This document shows positions 1 to 9,387 of a DNA stretch of 32,000 bases, one piece after another. A model generated the notes under the pieces. That model was not told where the DNA came from and did not search any database. It worked only from the letters and a program-made list of their open reading frames with translations. Numbering within the stretch: the first letter of the stretch is position 1; every line of letters starts with the position of its first letter. A program made the translations under genes and the position numbers. Source of the DNA: Staphylothermus marinus F1 (GTDB taxonomy: Archaea > Thermoproteota > Thermoprotei_A > Sulfolobales > Desulfurococcaceae); contig NC_009033.1 in assembly GCF_000015945.1 (NCBI RefSeq), positions 360,001-392,000 on the forward strand, in the 5' to 3' direction.

Positions 1-1
1 C

Positions 2-223
2 GATGATCTAAGCTGGAGAGCTGCGGGAACAATTGGTTGGAACACTTTGTATTTAGAGGAAAACGATAAGGGGCCTGATGATGCTGTTCACGACTGGTAT
101 GGTGTGTTCACAATATATGATCCTGAGGAAACTATTGAATCTGGAGATAAAGGCATTATAGATATTCATAGAATTAAGGATAAAATGATACAATATATTA
201 TGGAGGATAAAAAAATAGTGTGA
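2..223 (+). CDS. 3-prime end of an unidentified protein-coding gene (partial, runs off the window start)
   Basis: The frame is open from position 2 to TGA at 221-223 (...GTIGWNTLYLEENDKGPDDAVHDWYGVFTIYDPEE...MEDKKIV*). No family recognised. Confidence 0.35.
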   Translation, partial: DDLSWRAAGTIGWNTLYLEENDKGPDDAVHDWYGVFTIYDPEETIESGDKGIIDIHRIKDKMIQYIMEDKKIV

Positions 224-247
224 TAAGTATTTCTAGGTGAGGCATTT

Positions 248-2017
248 ATGGTGAAAATAATAGATACAACGCTTCGAGACGCTCACCAATCACTATTAGC
301 AACTCGTTTCCGCACAAGAGATATGCTGGAAATAGCTGATCTAATAGATAAGGCTGGATTCTATAGTTTAGAAGTGTGGGGAGGAGCAACATTTGATGCT
401 GCTATTAGGTTTCTACGAGAAGATCCATGGGAGAGGCTTAGACTTATACGTGAAAATGTAAGGAATACAAAGCTTCAAATGCTTCTCCGAGGACAAAATC
501 TTGTAGGCTACAGACATTACCCCGACGATGTTGTGGAGAAATTTGTTGAGTTAGCATATAAGAATGGAATAGATATTTTCAGAGTGTTTGATGCATTAAA
601 TGATCCGAGAAATATGAAGACTAGTATTAGGAAAGCTAAAGAGGTTGGAGCAATTGTTCAAGGAGCTATGTGCTATACTATAAGCCCTGTTCACACCATT
701 GATTACTATCTCAAATTCGCAGAAGAACTACTCGCCATGGATGTAGATATGATCACGATTAAAGACATGGCTGGCATACTAGAACCTCACAAAGCATACG
801 AGCTAGTATCAGCTTTAAAGAAAGAATTCAAAGTCCCAGTAAATGTCCACACACATGCCACAGCAGGATTAGCTGTTGCAACTTACCTAGAAAGCGTGAA
901 GGCGGGTGCAGACTATATAGATACAGCTATATCCCCCCTAGCATTTGGAACTGCTCAGCCAGGAATTCAAACAGTATACTATGCATTGCCATCAGATAAA
1001 AGACCGAGTATTCGATTAGATATTATAGATAAGATATCGAAAAAACTCACAAAGTTTATCGAGGAAAAATACCAACACCTACTAAATTGGAGAATACTAT
1101 TACCAAACCCCAACGTGATTATACATCAAATACCTGGCGGAATGTTCTCTAACTTAATAGCTCAGCTAAGAGAGCAAAATGCTCTAGACAAACTAGACGC
1201 TGTCCTAGAAGAAGTTCCCCGTGTAAGAGAAGAACTTGGATGGCCCCCACTAGTTACTCCATTATCACAAATAGTTGGTACACAAGCAGTCCTAAACGTA
1301 TTATTTGGAAGATACAAGATCATACCTAAGGAGACTAAGAACTATGTTAAAGGCTTATATGGCAGACCCCCTGCACCTATTAAGGAGGAAATTAAAAAGC
1401 TTATTCTCGGAGACGAGAAACCAGTAACTGTTAGACCAGCAGATCTATTGGAGCCAATGCTTGATAAGTGTAGAAGCGTATTAGTTGAGAAAGGGTATTT
1501 GGAGAAAGAAGAAGATATACTTACCTACTGCTTGTTCCCTGAAACAGCTCTAGAATTCTTCGAGGCAAGGAGGAAAGGAGAGATCGAAAAACCAGTTGTT
1601 AAAGAGGAGAAGCCTAGGAAAGTTATTAAGTTATACATTGATGGACAAGAATATATTGTCGGAGTTGAGGGTGTAAACATAGATGTTATTAAATCCATAG
1701 CACCTATCCCCACTATAGCTCCTGTCCCCCTAGCTGGAGCCCAAGCATCATCAACTATAACATCCACATCCATAACTAGTAGCGAAACCAGTTATAGAGG
1801 CGAACCAGTAAAGGCTCCAATGGCTGGGAAAATATTGAAGATACTTGTCAAGCCCGGAGATAAAGTTGCTAAGGGTAGTAAAGTAGTCATATTGGAGTCT
1901 ATGAAGATGTCAACAGATATATTAGCACCTATCAGTGGTGTTGTCGAGAAAATAATGGTTAAGGAGGGAGATGATGTTGAAGCAGGCGATATTCTATTAA
2001 CTATATTGCCTAAGTAA
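248..2017 (+). CDS. pycB: Biotin-dependent carboxyltransferase: pyruvate carboxylase subunit B / oxaloacetate decarboxylase alpha-type
   Basis: N-terminal carboxyltransferase signature IIDTTLRDAHQSLLATR. A Pro/Ala/Ser/Thr linker (APIPTIAPVPLAGAQASSTITSTS) follows. The C-terminal biotinyl domain carries an ESMKM biotin-lysine motif. AGGTGAGG Shine-Dalgarno at 235-242, 5 nt before the ATG. PycB and OadA cannot be told apart from sequence alone. Confidence 0.85.
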   Translation: MVKIIDTTLRDAHQSLLATRFRTRDMLEIADLIDKAGFYSLEVWGGATFDAAIRFLREDPWERLRLIRENVRNTKLQMLLRGQNLVGYRHYPDDVVEKFVELAYKNGIDIFRVFDALNDPRNMKTSIRKAKEVGAIVQGAMCYTISPVHTIDYYLKFAEELLAMDVDMITIKDMAGILEPHKAYELVSALKKEFKVPVNVHTHATAGLAVATYLESVKAGADYIDTAISPLAFGTAQPGIQTVYYALPSDKRPSIRLDIIDKISKKLTKFIEEKYQHLLNWRILLPNPNVIIHQIPGGMFSNLIAQLREQNALDKLDAVLEEVPRVREELGWPPLVTPLSQIVGTQAVLNVLFGRYKIIPKETKNYVKGLYGRPPAPIKEEIKKLILGDEKPVTVRPADLLEPMLDKCRSVLVEKGYLEKEEDILTYCLFPETALEFFEARRKGEIEKPVVKEEKPRKVIKLYIDGQEYIVGVEGVNIDVIKSIAPIPTIAPVPLAGAQASSTITSTSITSSETSYRGEPVKAPMAGKILKILVKPGDKVAKGSKVVILESMKMSTDILAPISGVVEKIMVKEGDDVEAGDILLTILPK

Positions 2018-2019
2018 AA

Positions 2020-2997
2020 CTATTTCCTACTGTATAAATAACACTTGACAAAGTGATCTTTCTCATATTCTATAAGCTCTGGCTCTGTTTTTTCACATAT
2101 GTCCATTTTGAATGGGCATCTTGGATGAAAACGACAACCAGGAGGCGGATTTATTGGGCTGGGTGGTTCTCCTGGAACTTTTAATTTTTCTCTCTTCCTA
2201 GTAATTTCTGGATCAGGTATTGGTATTGCAGAGAATAATGCCTTCGTATATGGGTGAAGTGGTTTCTCGAATACTTCTTCGGCTGGTCCATACTCGACTA
2301 TTTGTCCTAGATACATTACTGCTATCCAGTCACTCATATATCTAACAACTCCTAGATCATGGCTTATAAATAAGTAGGTGAGATTATATTTTCTCTGAAG
2401 CTCTTTTAACAAGTTTAGAATCTGTGCTTGAACAGATACGTCTAGAGCTGATGTTGGTTCATCTAATACTATGAATTCAGGGTTTAATGCTAATATTCTA
2501 GCAATCGCTATTCTCTGCCTCTGCCCTCCACTGAACTCGTGGGGGTAGCGGTATAGGTGTGACTCGTTTAAGCCTACCTGGTATAATAGGTTTACAACAA
2601 ATTTCTCTGGATCAGAAACTTTTAGCTTATAGACTTTAACTGGTTCATAAATTATATCGAATACTGTCATTCTAGGGTTCAAACTACTATATGGGTCTTG
2701 GAAAACCATTTGAGCTTTCTTACGGAACTCTCTTAGTTCTTTACCTTTGAGTTTAAAGATGTCTTTTCCTTCAAAGAATACTTTACCACTAGTAGGCTTC
2801 AATAATCTAAGAACTAGTCTACCAACAGTTGTTTTCCCACAACCACTCTCTCCCACAAGTCCCATTGTTTTCCCACGTTCAATCTCGAAAGAGACTCCAT
2901 CAACTGCTTTCACGTAGCCTTTCGTGAAAAATATACCTTTCACTGGGAAATACTTTTTTAAATCAACAACTTTTAGTAATGGATCACCCATTTTCAA
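2020..2997 (-). CDS. oppF: Oligopeptide/dipeptide ABC transporter ATP-binding protein (OppF/DppF-like)
   Basis: Walker A GESGCGKTT, signature FSGGQRQR, Walker B IVLDEPTSALD. C-terminal Opp-type motif PPPGCRFHPRCPFKMDIC. 4-nt overlap with the upstream ATPase gene. Confidence 0.9.
   Translation of the reverse strand: MKMGDPLLKVVDLKKYFPVKGIFFTKGYVKAVDGVSFEIERGKTMGLVGESGCGKTTVGRLVLRLLKPTSGKVFFEGKDIFKLKGKELREFRKKAQMVFQDPYSSLNPRMTVFDIIYEPVKVYKLKVSDPEKFVVNLLYQVGLNESHLYRYPHEFSGGQRQRIAIARILALNPEFIVLDEPTSALDVSVQAQILNLLKELQRKYNLTYLFISHDLGVVRYMSDWIAVMYLGQIVEYGPAEEVFEKPLHPYTKALFSAIPIPDPEITRKREKLKVPGEPPSPINPPPGCRFHPRCPFKMDICEKTEPELIEYEKDHFVKCYLYSRK
2093..2155 (-). repeat. 63-nt tract identical to 3085-3147 (copy in the OppF-like gene)
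   Basis: Base-by-base comparison gives tcacatatgtccattttgaatgggcatcttggatgaaaacgacaaccaggaggcggatttatt in both genes. Confidence 0.95.
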
Positions 2998-4013
2998 GCA
3001 CCTTCGGAACTCTTTTTCTCACCATATAACCAACAAGCTATTCTATGACCAGGCCCTACCCATATATCTGGAGGCCTCTCCCTCTCACATATGTCCATTT
3101 TGAATGGGCATCTTGGATGAAAACGACAACCAGGAGGCGGATTTATTAGGTTTGGAACTGTTCCAGGTATTGATTCTAGCTTTTCCATCTTAGTTAATGG
3201 GTTTGGTACTGCTCTAAGTAGTGCCTTTGTATATGGGTGATACGGGTTCTTAAATAATTCATAAATATCTGCTTCCTCAACTATTCTACCAGCATACATT
3301 ACAGCAACACGATCACACATATCCGCTACAAGCCCCATATTATGAGTGATAAGTAGAACAGTTAGGTTTTCTCTCTCCTTTAATTTCTTTAAGAGATCCA
3401 TTATTTGGTCTTGAACCGTTGCATCTAGCGCTGTTGTAGGCTCATCTGCTATTACTAGTTTAGGGTTGTTGCTGAGAGATATTCCTATAACAGCTCTCTG
3501 CTTCATACCACCGCTTAATTCGTGTGGATAATTCTTTACTCTAGTTTCTGCATCAGGCATTAATACTTTCCTCAGTATCTCTACAGCTTTACGTATTCCC
3601 TCCTTTATCGATCTTATCCTATCATGTTCATACATTGTTTCTGATACTTGGTAGCCAATAGTATATAGCGGGTCAAGACTTGCTGAAGGATCTTGGAAAA
3701 TATATGATATTTCCGAGCCACGAATCTTTCTTAGATCGTTTTCGCTGAGCTGTAACAAGTTTATAGGTTTTGCTCCTGGTTCTGGATAGTATAGGACTTC
3801 TCCTTTTTCTATTTTGCCAGGGGAGCGTATGAGTCCTGTGAGTGATTTAGCTGTTACTGATTTACCACATCCAGTTTCTCCTACTAGGCAGTATGTTTCT
3901 CCACGGCATATCTTAAAGCTTACACTATCAATTGCCTTAACTATTCCAGCATATGTGTAGAAGTTAACGTATAGGTCTCTAACCTCAATAATTGGGTCAC
4001 ATTTTATACTCAT
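2994..4013 (-). CDS. oppD: Oligopeptide/dipeptide ABC transporter ATP-binding protein (OppD/DppD-like)
   Basis: Walker A GETGCGKS, signature LSGGMKQR, Walker B VIADEPTTALD. Same C-terminal Cys motif as the OppF-like gene. 4-nt overlap with the permease gene. Confidence 0.9.
   Translation of the reverse strand: MSIKCDPIIEVRDLYVNFYTYAGIVKAIDSVSFKICRGETYCLVGETGCGKSVTAKSLTGLIRSPGKIEKGEVLYYPEPGAKPINLLQLSENDLRKIRGSEISYIFQDPSASLDPLYTIGYQVSETMYEHDRIRSIKEGIRKAVEILRKVLMPDAETRVKNYPHELSGGMKQRAVIGISLSNNPKLVIADEPTTALDATVQDQIMDLLKKLKERENLTVLLITHNMGLVADMCDRVAVMYAGRIVEEADIYELFKNPYHPYTKALLRAVPNPLTKMEKLESIPGTVPNLINPPPGCRFHPRCPFKMDICERERPPDIWVGPGHRIACWLYGEKKSSEGA
3085..3147 (-). repeat. 63-nt tract identical to 2093-2155 (copy in the OppD-like gene)
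   Basis: Same 63-nt string. Encodes INPPPGCRFHPRCPFKMDICE in both paralogues. Confidence 0.95.
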
Positions 4014-5176
4014 TTCTTCCCACCCTTCTTCTTTTTAAGTTTAAATTCTACGCTTCTACGAGTCTTGGGATCTAAGACGTCTCTTAAAGTATCACCTATA
4101 AGGTTGAATCCCAGGACAGTCAACAAAATCATTAGTCCCGGATAAAACACTAGCCACCAAGAGTTTGGGAAATACTGGGATCCATCATTTATTATGCGTC
4201 CCCAATCAGCTATTGGTGGAACAGCTCCAACACCCAAAAAGCTAAGTCCTGCCTCTGTCAATATTACTCCTCCAAAGTCTAGTGTAAGATAAACCAGTAC
4301 AGGTCCAAGTATATTGGGGAAGATATGTCTCAACAATATCCATCTAGTAGGTACTCCAAGAGCTCTCGCAGCTTCAACATATACATTCTCCCTCGCAGAC
4401 AATACTAATCCGCGGACAAGCCTTGCATATCCTGGCCACCAAACTATCCATAAAGCAATTATTACGCTTACCAAGTAAGCCATTGCGCCTGCATGCTGTG
4501 GTTTTAGAGCAAATAGTGATAGGAAGAAATCACGTATTGTAGGGTTAGCGTTTAGGAAATCCTGAATCCTCGGTGGAAGTACAGCTGAGAACGCTATTGC
4601 AAGTATTAAGCCTGGGAATGCTAGGAATATATCTGTAAGCCTCATTAATGCTTCATCTATTTTACCACCATAATAACCTGCTATAAGGCCAATTGCTATC
4701 CCGATCCATGGACCTACAAGCATCACGAGTATAGCTACTACTAAGCTTGTTCTAGCACCATACAGTATTCTACTTAACAAGTCTCTACCATAATCGTCTC
4801 CTCCAAGAAGCAATGTATAGTTTCCAGGCTTAACTCCGAAAAACTGTGATAAACTATTATTTGGTATTGTTATCACTGTGCCTGGGGGAGCAAGGTATGC
4901 TTTCTTATCAAATGATGAAAGAGGCAAGTCATAACTGAATGGAGCAATGAAGGGACCAATTATTGCAATGACTAGGAATATTATGACTAGGAAGAAACCT
5001 ATTAGTCCCGGAGGCGATCTGTTAAATGCGTAAGCCATTAGTTTCCATTCATCTATTCTAGCCTTGTTTCTCCTATACCATCCAGGTCTTATCTTGTCCA
5101 TTAGCTTAGCATATCCATCTATTATCTTATCCATTATTTTATCAAGTATTTTCTTCTCATATACTTCCTCACTCAT
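4010..5176 (-). CDS. oppC: Oligopeptide/dipeptide ABC transporter permease (OppC/DppC-like)
   Basis: Multi-TM protein with the binding-protein-dependent permease loop VEAARALGVPTRWILLRHIFPN. Long N-terminal extension before TM1, as in OppC-type permeases. Confidence 0.85.
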   Translation of the reverse strand: MSEEVYEKKILDKIMDKIIDGYAKLMDKIRPGWYRRNKARIDEWKLMAYAFNRSPPGLIGFFLVIIFLVIAIIGPFIAPFSYDLPLSSFDKKAYLAPPGTVITIPNNSLSQFFGVKPGNYTLLLGGDDYGRDLLSRILYGARTSLVVAILVMLVGPWIGIAIGLIAGYYGGKIDEALMRLTDIFLAFPGLILAIAFSAVLPPRIQDFLNANPTIRDFFLSLFALKPQHAGAMAYLVSVIIALWIVWWPGYARLVRGLVLSARENVYVEAARALGVPTRWILLRHIFPNILGPVLVYLTLDFGGVILTEAGLSFLGVGAVPPIADWGRIINDGSQYFPNSWWLVFYPGLMILLTVLGFNLIGDTLRDVLDPKTRRSVEFKLKKKKGGKK

Positions 5177-5193
5177 AGTTTACCACCTAGATC

Positions 5194-6192
5194 CTAATAT
5201 CTAACTCTTGGATCAATGAATGCATAGAGTATATCAACTATCAGGTTAGCTGTAAGATATATTAGTGCAACAAAGAATACAGCACCCATTAATGCAAGGT
5301 AGTCGTATTGATTAATAGCGTTCAACATATAGTTTCCAAGACCTGGTAGTCCAAAAACCCTCTCTGTAATGGGTGCACCTCCAAGTAATCCTCCAAACAT
5401 TAATCCCAGAACAGTCACTACGGGTACAAGAGCATTTCTAAAGATGTGGCGGTAAATTCTTAGTTTTCTTAATCCCCTAGCTATAGCGTATTCTGTGTAA
5501 TCAGCGTTCATAGCGTCTAGGAAACTATTCCTCACAATCCTAGCTGTAACACCTATACCCATGAAGCCCAATATGAAGCCTGGCAATGAATACCTCTTAA
5601 ATATCTCGGCTAGCATTGGAAAATCTAAACGTATTAATGCATCAATTAATGGAACACCTGTATATGAGTATGAAGGCTTGGGTGTTCCTGCCAAAGTTAT
5701 CCATCCTAGCTGGGTGAAGAACAAGAATATTAGTAGATAAGCTAGCCAGAATACTGGAGTAGATACCCCTATTAATGCTAGAATACGAACAGTTGTATCA
5801 ACCCATGAATCCCTCTTTAAAGCAGCAAGTATGCCTAGAGGTATACCAATTATTATAATGTATATAAACGCAATAATTGTTAACTGGAACGTTACTGGAA
5901 ACTTTTTAGCGAGATCATCCCATATATAATGATGAGTTACAGGGCTAACCATTTGATTAGTAAATAACTTATACATTACGAAATAATATCTTTCAAGTAT
6001 ATTCCCCTCCAAATGATACTCCTTCTTTAACTGCTCCACCACCTTAGGATTAGCTTTTTCACCTCCAGCCCACATTCTAGCAGGATCTGTTGGTATCACA
6101 GCCGCTATTACGAAAACAATGAAAGTAACACCTATCAATGTAGGTATAAACGTTAGTAAGCGGCGAACAAGGAAACGTTTTAGCTCCGCCAT
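5194..6192 (-). CDS. oppB: Oligopeptide/dipeptide ABC transporter permease (OppB/DppB-like)
   Basis: N-terminus RFLVRRLLTFIPTLIGVTFIVF is typical of OppB. Permease loop EYAIARGLRKLRIYRHIFRNAL. C-terminus YAFIDPRVRY. Confidence 0.85.
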   Translation of the reverse strand: MAELKRFLVRRLLTFIPTLIGVTFIVFVIAAVIPTDPARMWAGGEKANPKVVEQLKKEYHLEGNILERYYFVMYKLFTNQMVSPVTHHYIWDDLAKKFPVTFQLTIIAFIYIIIIGIPLGILAALKRDSWVDTTVRILALIGVSTPVFWLAYLLIFLFFTQLGWITLAGTPKPSYSYTGVPLIDALIRLDFPMLAEIFKRYSLPGFILGFMGIGVTARIVRNSFLDAMNADYTEYAIARGLRKLRIYRHIFRNALVPVVTVLGLMFGGLLGGAPITERVFGLPGLGNYMLNAINQYDYLALMGAVFFVALIYLTANLIVDILYAFIDPRVRY

Positions 6193-6283
6193 TTCAATAC
6201 CACCAATACTCTTCTAGGAAAGAAAGAATGATTATTTGTGTTTAAAAAAATATTTTGAAATAAATTTATCTACCATCATCTTG

Positions 6284-8530
6284 TCAACCGCTAAACACTT
6301 GTTGAGCTTCACTAACAGAACTTACTACTTTAAACTCTAATATACTGAACTGAGTTCCACCATAGAATAATGGTCCAGCATAATCGTCTGGATCTAGGTA
6401 GTCCGGTGCCCAACCAATAATATATACGTCAAAGTCTCCTTTCTCAGTCTTAGTTAGCAAAGTTCCCCACTGCAATGCTCTAACTGTTACTTGGAATCCT
6501 AGTTGTCCCCAATAAGTTTGAAGTAGAGTAGCAATTTTCTCACGCTGGGTGTTTCCTGAGTTATACCATATTTCAAAGCTGTACTTTGTTGGATCAATTC
6601 CTGCCTGCTGTATTAATTGTTGAGCTTTTGCGAGGTCGAAGGTATACTTTGTCACTATGTCATCATTATGTCCTGGGAATCCTGCTGGGATAACACCGTA
6701 CAGTCTCTCGAGGTAACCTGCATATACGTCTTCCTTGATCCTATCGAAGGGTATAGCATACATTAAGGCTTGTCTTACTAATTTGTTATTGAATGGTTCT
6801 TTATTAGCATTTAACACTATGTAAACTATTGTAGGCTCTAATGCGCCTTTTTCAACAATTATTTTATGGTTGGAATTGGGGAACTGGTATCCTTCAATGT
6901 CTTTGAGTCTATCTACAGGTATTGCGCCTACATCTGCTTGTCCAGCCTTTAATATTTCTATTCTGGAGACTGCGTCATCGTTTATCAAATATATTGTTCT
7001 CTCATGTATTGGCTTACCATTCTCACCGTATGGACTAGTGTTCCATAGTGTTTTGTTCCAGTAGTATGGATTATATTCTAGGACTATGTAGCTGTTCTCC
7101 TCGTATTCCTTAATATAGTATGGACCTGTTCCTACAGGGTATTGATGAATATATAAATGTGTAGGTTCTTGTTCGCCTACACCAATATAGTTTGCCCATG
7201 CAGATGGGTTCTTACCATTATTACTATCAGAAAGTGCTTGATCATACTTTCCTTTCAGCTCATCGACATTGTCAAAGAAGTATTTCATAGGAATAACTGA
7301 TGCAAAGGGATCAGCTAATATGCTGAGTACTGCGCCATAGGGATAGTATAGTTTTAGCTTAACTACTCCCGCCGTGTCTCCAGAATATCCGAATAATTGT
7401 AATAACTCGTTCAGAGATTTTGGCTCGACTGTTTGTCCCTTGTATTCAGCAACTAATCCACCGTTCTGTAGTAGCTGGTTGAATTCATCCTCTGTTAATA
7501 CACTACTAGAGTTTACATCGAAGAACTCCGTTATCATCCAGCTTGGATCAAGCTGTAATCTGGCAATCCTCCATATAGAGAATAATACGTCGACAGCTGA
7601 TATATCATAGGTTACATTATGCCATGGATCAAAAGCTTTTACGCCACCTCTAATAACGAAGTACCATTCAGTACCGTTCTTATTGTGAGCCCATGCTACA
7701 GCTAGATCTGGTACAATATGCTCTGTATCGGTCTTCCAATAAGTTACCAGTGTATCACCTATGTTATGCCATATTTCCCATCCAAAAGTCTCATAATCAG
7801 CTGCAGGATCAAATGTGTCAGGCCATCCGAATGTGATTATGGAGTATGTGTGTTGATCATTGACATAGTTGCCGATACCTATCTGAACAGATGGTGCGTC
7901 TGGGTCTTCCCATAATAAATCATATCTCTCAGCAAGAGTGGGGTGATAGTATCTTCCATGTAGCCAGTCCCAATAGTTTCTTACCAACACATATTGTCCA
8001 AGCCACAATATTGGTACTTCTTCATTGCTTAGCTTATGGACAGCTTCATATATTTGATACCTTATAAATGGATCAGTTGCTTTCCTAGCAGCTATAATTA
8101 GAGCATCAACTGTATAGTTTCTATAAAATGCTGGATCAATGTCGACAAACCCTGTACTATTCTCTATAGGCTTAGTCTTTGCTTCATCAACCTCATATGA
8201 AACAACAATAATCTTCTTATCGCTGGGAAGTTGGGGAACAACGCTTCCCTTTGGACCAACAACTACATATGCTTGACTAGTCTCTATGACAAGTGCCTTG
8301 GGACCTGTTGGAGTAGTAGTTGTAGTTGTGGTCGATGAAGTGGTTGTGGTAGTAGTTGTGGTAGGCGGAGTAGTAGTTGTAGTAGTTAATGGGGGAGTAG
8401 TTGTGGTTGTGGTTTGTTGTCCTCCGCCTTGGAATGCGAAATATGCTGCTAGAATACCTATTACTACTATGACTACAATTATGATTGCTGTTGTTGTCCT
8501 AGTTAGGGCTTTGAGACGTTTCGTATACAT
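6284..8530 (-). CDS. oppA: Family-5 (Opp/Dpp-type) extracellular solute-binding protein with N-terminal membrane anchor and Thr/Pro stalk
   Basis: First gene of the opp operon. I trimmed the start to ATG at 8530 (MYTKRLKALTRTTTAIIIVVIVVIGILAAYF: a basic stretch followed by one TM). A Thr/Pro-rich linker follows. The body is a large SBP_bac_5-like domain (...YNPYYWN..., ...GWAPDYLDPDDY...). A GGTGGG SD-like motif lies just upstream of 8530. The 47 codons upstream in the ORF track look like AT-rich promoter sequence. Confidence 0.8.
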   Translation of the reverse strand: MYTKRLKALTRTTTAIIIVVIVVIGILAAYFAFQGGGQQTTTTTTPPLTTTTTTPPTTTTTTTTSSTTTTTTTPTGPKALVIETSQAYVVVGPKGSVVPQLPSDKKIIVVSYEVDEAKTKPIENSTGFVDIDPAFYRNYTVDALIIAARKATDPFIRYQIYEAVHKLSNEEVPILWLGQYVLVRNYWDWLHGRYYHPTLAERYDLLWEDPDAPSVQIGIGNYVNDQHTYSIITFGWPDTFDPAADYETFGWEIWHNIGDTLVTYWKTDTEHIVPDLAVAWAHNKNGTEWYFVIRGGVKAFDPWHNVTYDISAVDVLFSIWRIARLQLDPSWMITEFFDVNSSSVLTEDEFNQLLQNGGLVAEYKGQTVEPKSLNELLQLFGYSGDTAGVVKLKLYYPYGAVLSILADPFASVIPMKYFFDNVDELKGKYDQALSDSNNGKNPSAWANYIGVGEQEPTHLYIHQYPVGTGPYYIKEYEENSYIVLEYNPYYWNKTLWNTSPYGENGKPIHERTIYLINDDAVSRIEILKAGQADVGAIPVDRLKDIEGYQFPNSNHKIIVEKGALEPTIVYIVLNANKEPFNNKLVRQALMYAIPFDRIKEDVYAGYLERLYGVIPAGFPGHNDDIVTKYTFDLAKAQQLIQQAGIDPTKYSFEIWYNSGNTQREKIATLLQTYWGQLGFQVTVRALQWGTLLTKTEKGDFDVYIIGWAPDYLDPDDYAGPLFYGGTQFSILEFKVVSSVSEAQQVFSG
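8306..8413 (-). repeat. Low-complexity ACN-codon tract encoding the Thr/Pro stalk (T6-PPL-T6-PP-T8-SS-T7-PT) of the solute-binding protein
   Basis: Direct reading of codons 87-122 of the 795-aa ORF. The antisense strand reads as poly-Val. Confidence 0.9.
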
Positions 8531-8675
8531 ACATCCCACCCATGTGTTATACCATGTCTTATAGAAGAAGTAAGCGATATATATAAGTCTTATGTTTTGA
8601 TACATATATGTAATAGGGTGTATATAATTGGGTGTAAAAATAAGTATACCATACAATATATTTAGAGGCAAAAAA

Positions 8676-9167
8676 ATGAATATTGGGCTAGATGCTTATT
8701 TTTGGAAACAAGTTTCTAAACCCTATAGGAGAACATTATTTGTTAGACCAATAAATAAGCTTAAAGGCTCGCCGGAACATTCAACAATAGTTTTACCTTC
8801 AAGAATTAATCATTCAGATCAAATGAATGATCTATGGGAAATAATTTCCATAGTTAAACATGAAAAAATAAAACTAGCTTCAAAACATCAGAGATGGAAA
8901 CTTGCAAGGTTCTTTCTCATCCCATTACCCAGTAAAATGGGCGATACCTCAACTCTTACAGAACTAGTATACGCTGAACAAATAGCTAAAGATATCGTTT
9001 CATCAAATATTAAATTCCATAGCATAGGATGGCTAGTCATAGAATATGATGAAGTAAAATCCAAAATATTCTTAGGAAAAAAGGTTGATAAAATATATCA
9101 ATGGTTACTGGAAAATGATGAAAGTTTCAGAAATGAATTTAATAAGATCATAGCAGGAAAACACTAA
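8676..9167 (+). CDS. Hypothetical protein (164 aa)
   Basis: ORF with ATG at 8676 (MNIGLDAYFWKQ...). The upstream 16 codons in the track overlap the divergent promoter region. No recognisable motif. Confidence 0.5.
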   Translation: MNIGLDAYFWKQVSKPYRRTLFVRPINKLKGSPEHSTIVLPSRINHSDQMNDLWEIISIVKHEKIKLASKHQRWKLARFFLIPLPSKMGDTSTLTELVYAEQIAKDIVSSNIKFHSIGWLVIEYDEVKSKIFLGKKVDKIYQWLLENDESFRNEFNKIIAGKH

Positions 9168-9359
9168 GCAATTGATCCTGTTAAACAATGCAAACAAACT
9201 CTCCCCGCTTATCTTAATTTTCAATTCTTAATTAGAACATTCACTAGGTATAATAACCATTAATATTTAATGCTTCGAATATTATATTTCAGCCTTGACT
9301 ATAATGATTTTATGGCAGAGATGGTTTGAGCTTATTATTTTTAAAACAGGCATTCTAAC

Positions 9360-9365
9360 AAAAAA
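9360..9365 (-). terminator. Oligo-T (T6 on the minus strand) candidate archaeal terminator after the 532-aa gene
   Basis: A6 run on the plus strand, 23-28 nt downstream of the minus-strand stop codon at 9388-9390. Confidence 0.3.
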
Positions 9366-9387
9366 TAGTTTAATTATAAATATTTGA

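Noticed and set aside
8286-8564. 92-aa plus-strand ORF rich in poly-Val (VVVVVVVDEVVVVVVVVGG...)
   Set aside because: It is the antisense reading of the ACN-codon Thr/Pro stalk and the TM anchor of the solute-binding protein gene. It is a low-complexity mirror artefact.
8531-8671. 47-codon N-terminal extension of the solute-binding protein ORF (MPLNILYGILIFTPNYIHPITYMYQNIRLIY...)
   Set aside because: The sequence is AT-rich, Tyr/Ile/Asn-rich promoter-like DNA containing TATA-like elements. The internal ATG at 8530 gives a proper basic-plus-TM anchor and follows a GGTGGG motif.
9168-9387. Possible small RNA (C/D-box sRNA, tRNA) or CRISPR repeats in the long intergenic regions 9168-9387, 10987-11274, 16978-17246 and 24034-24176
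   Set aside because: No RUGAUGA/CUGA box pairs on either strand. No GC-rich tRNA-like stems, which would stand out in this AT-rich background. No regularly spaced direct repeats. The palindromes seen (CATATATATG, ATGATCAT, AATATT) are trivial AT-rich ones.
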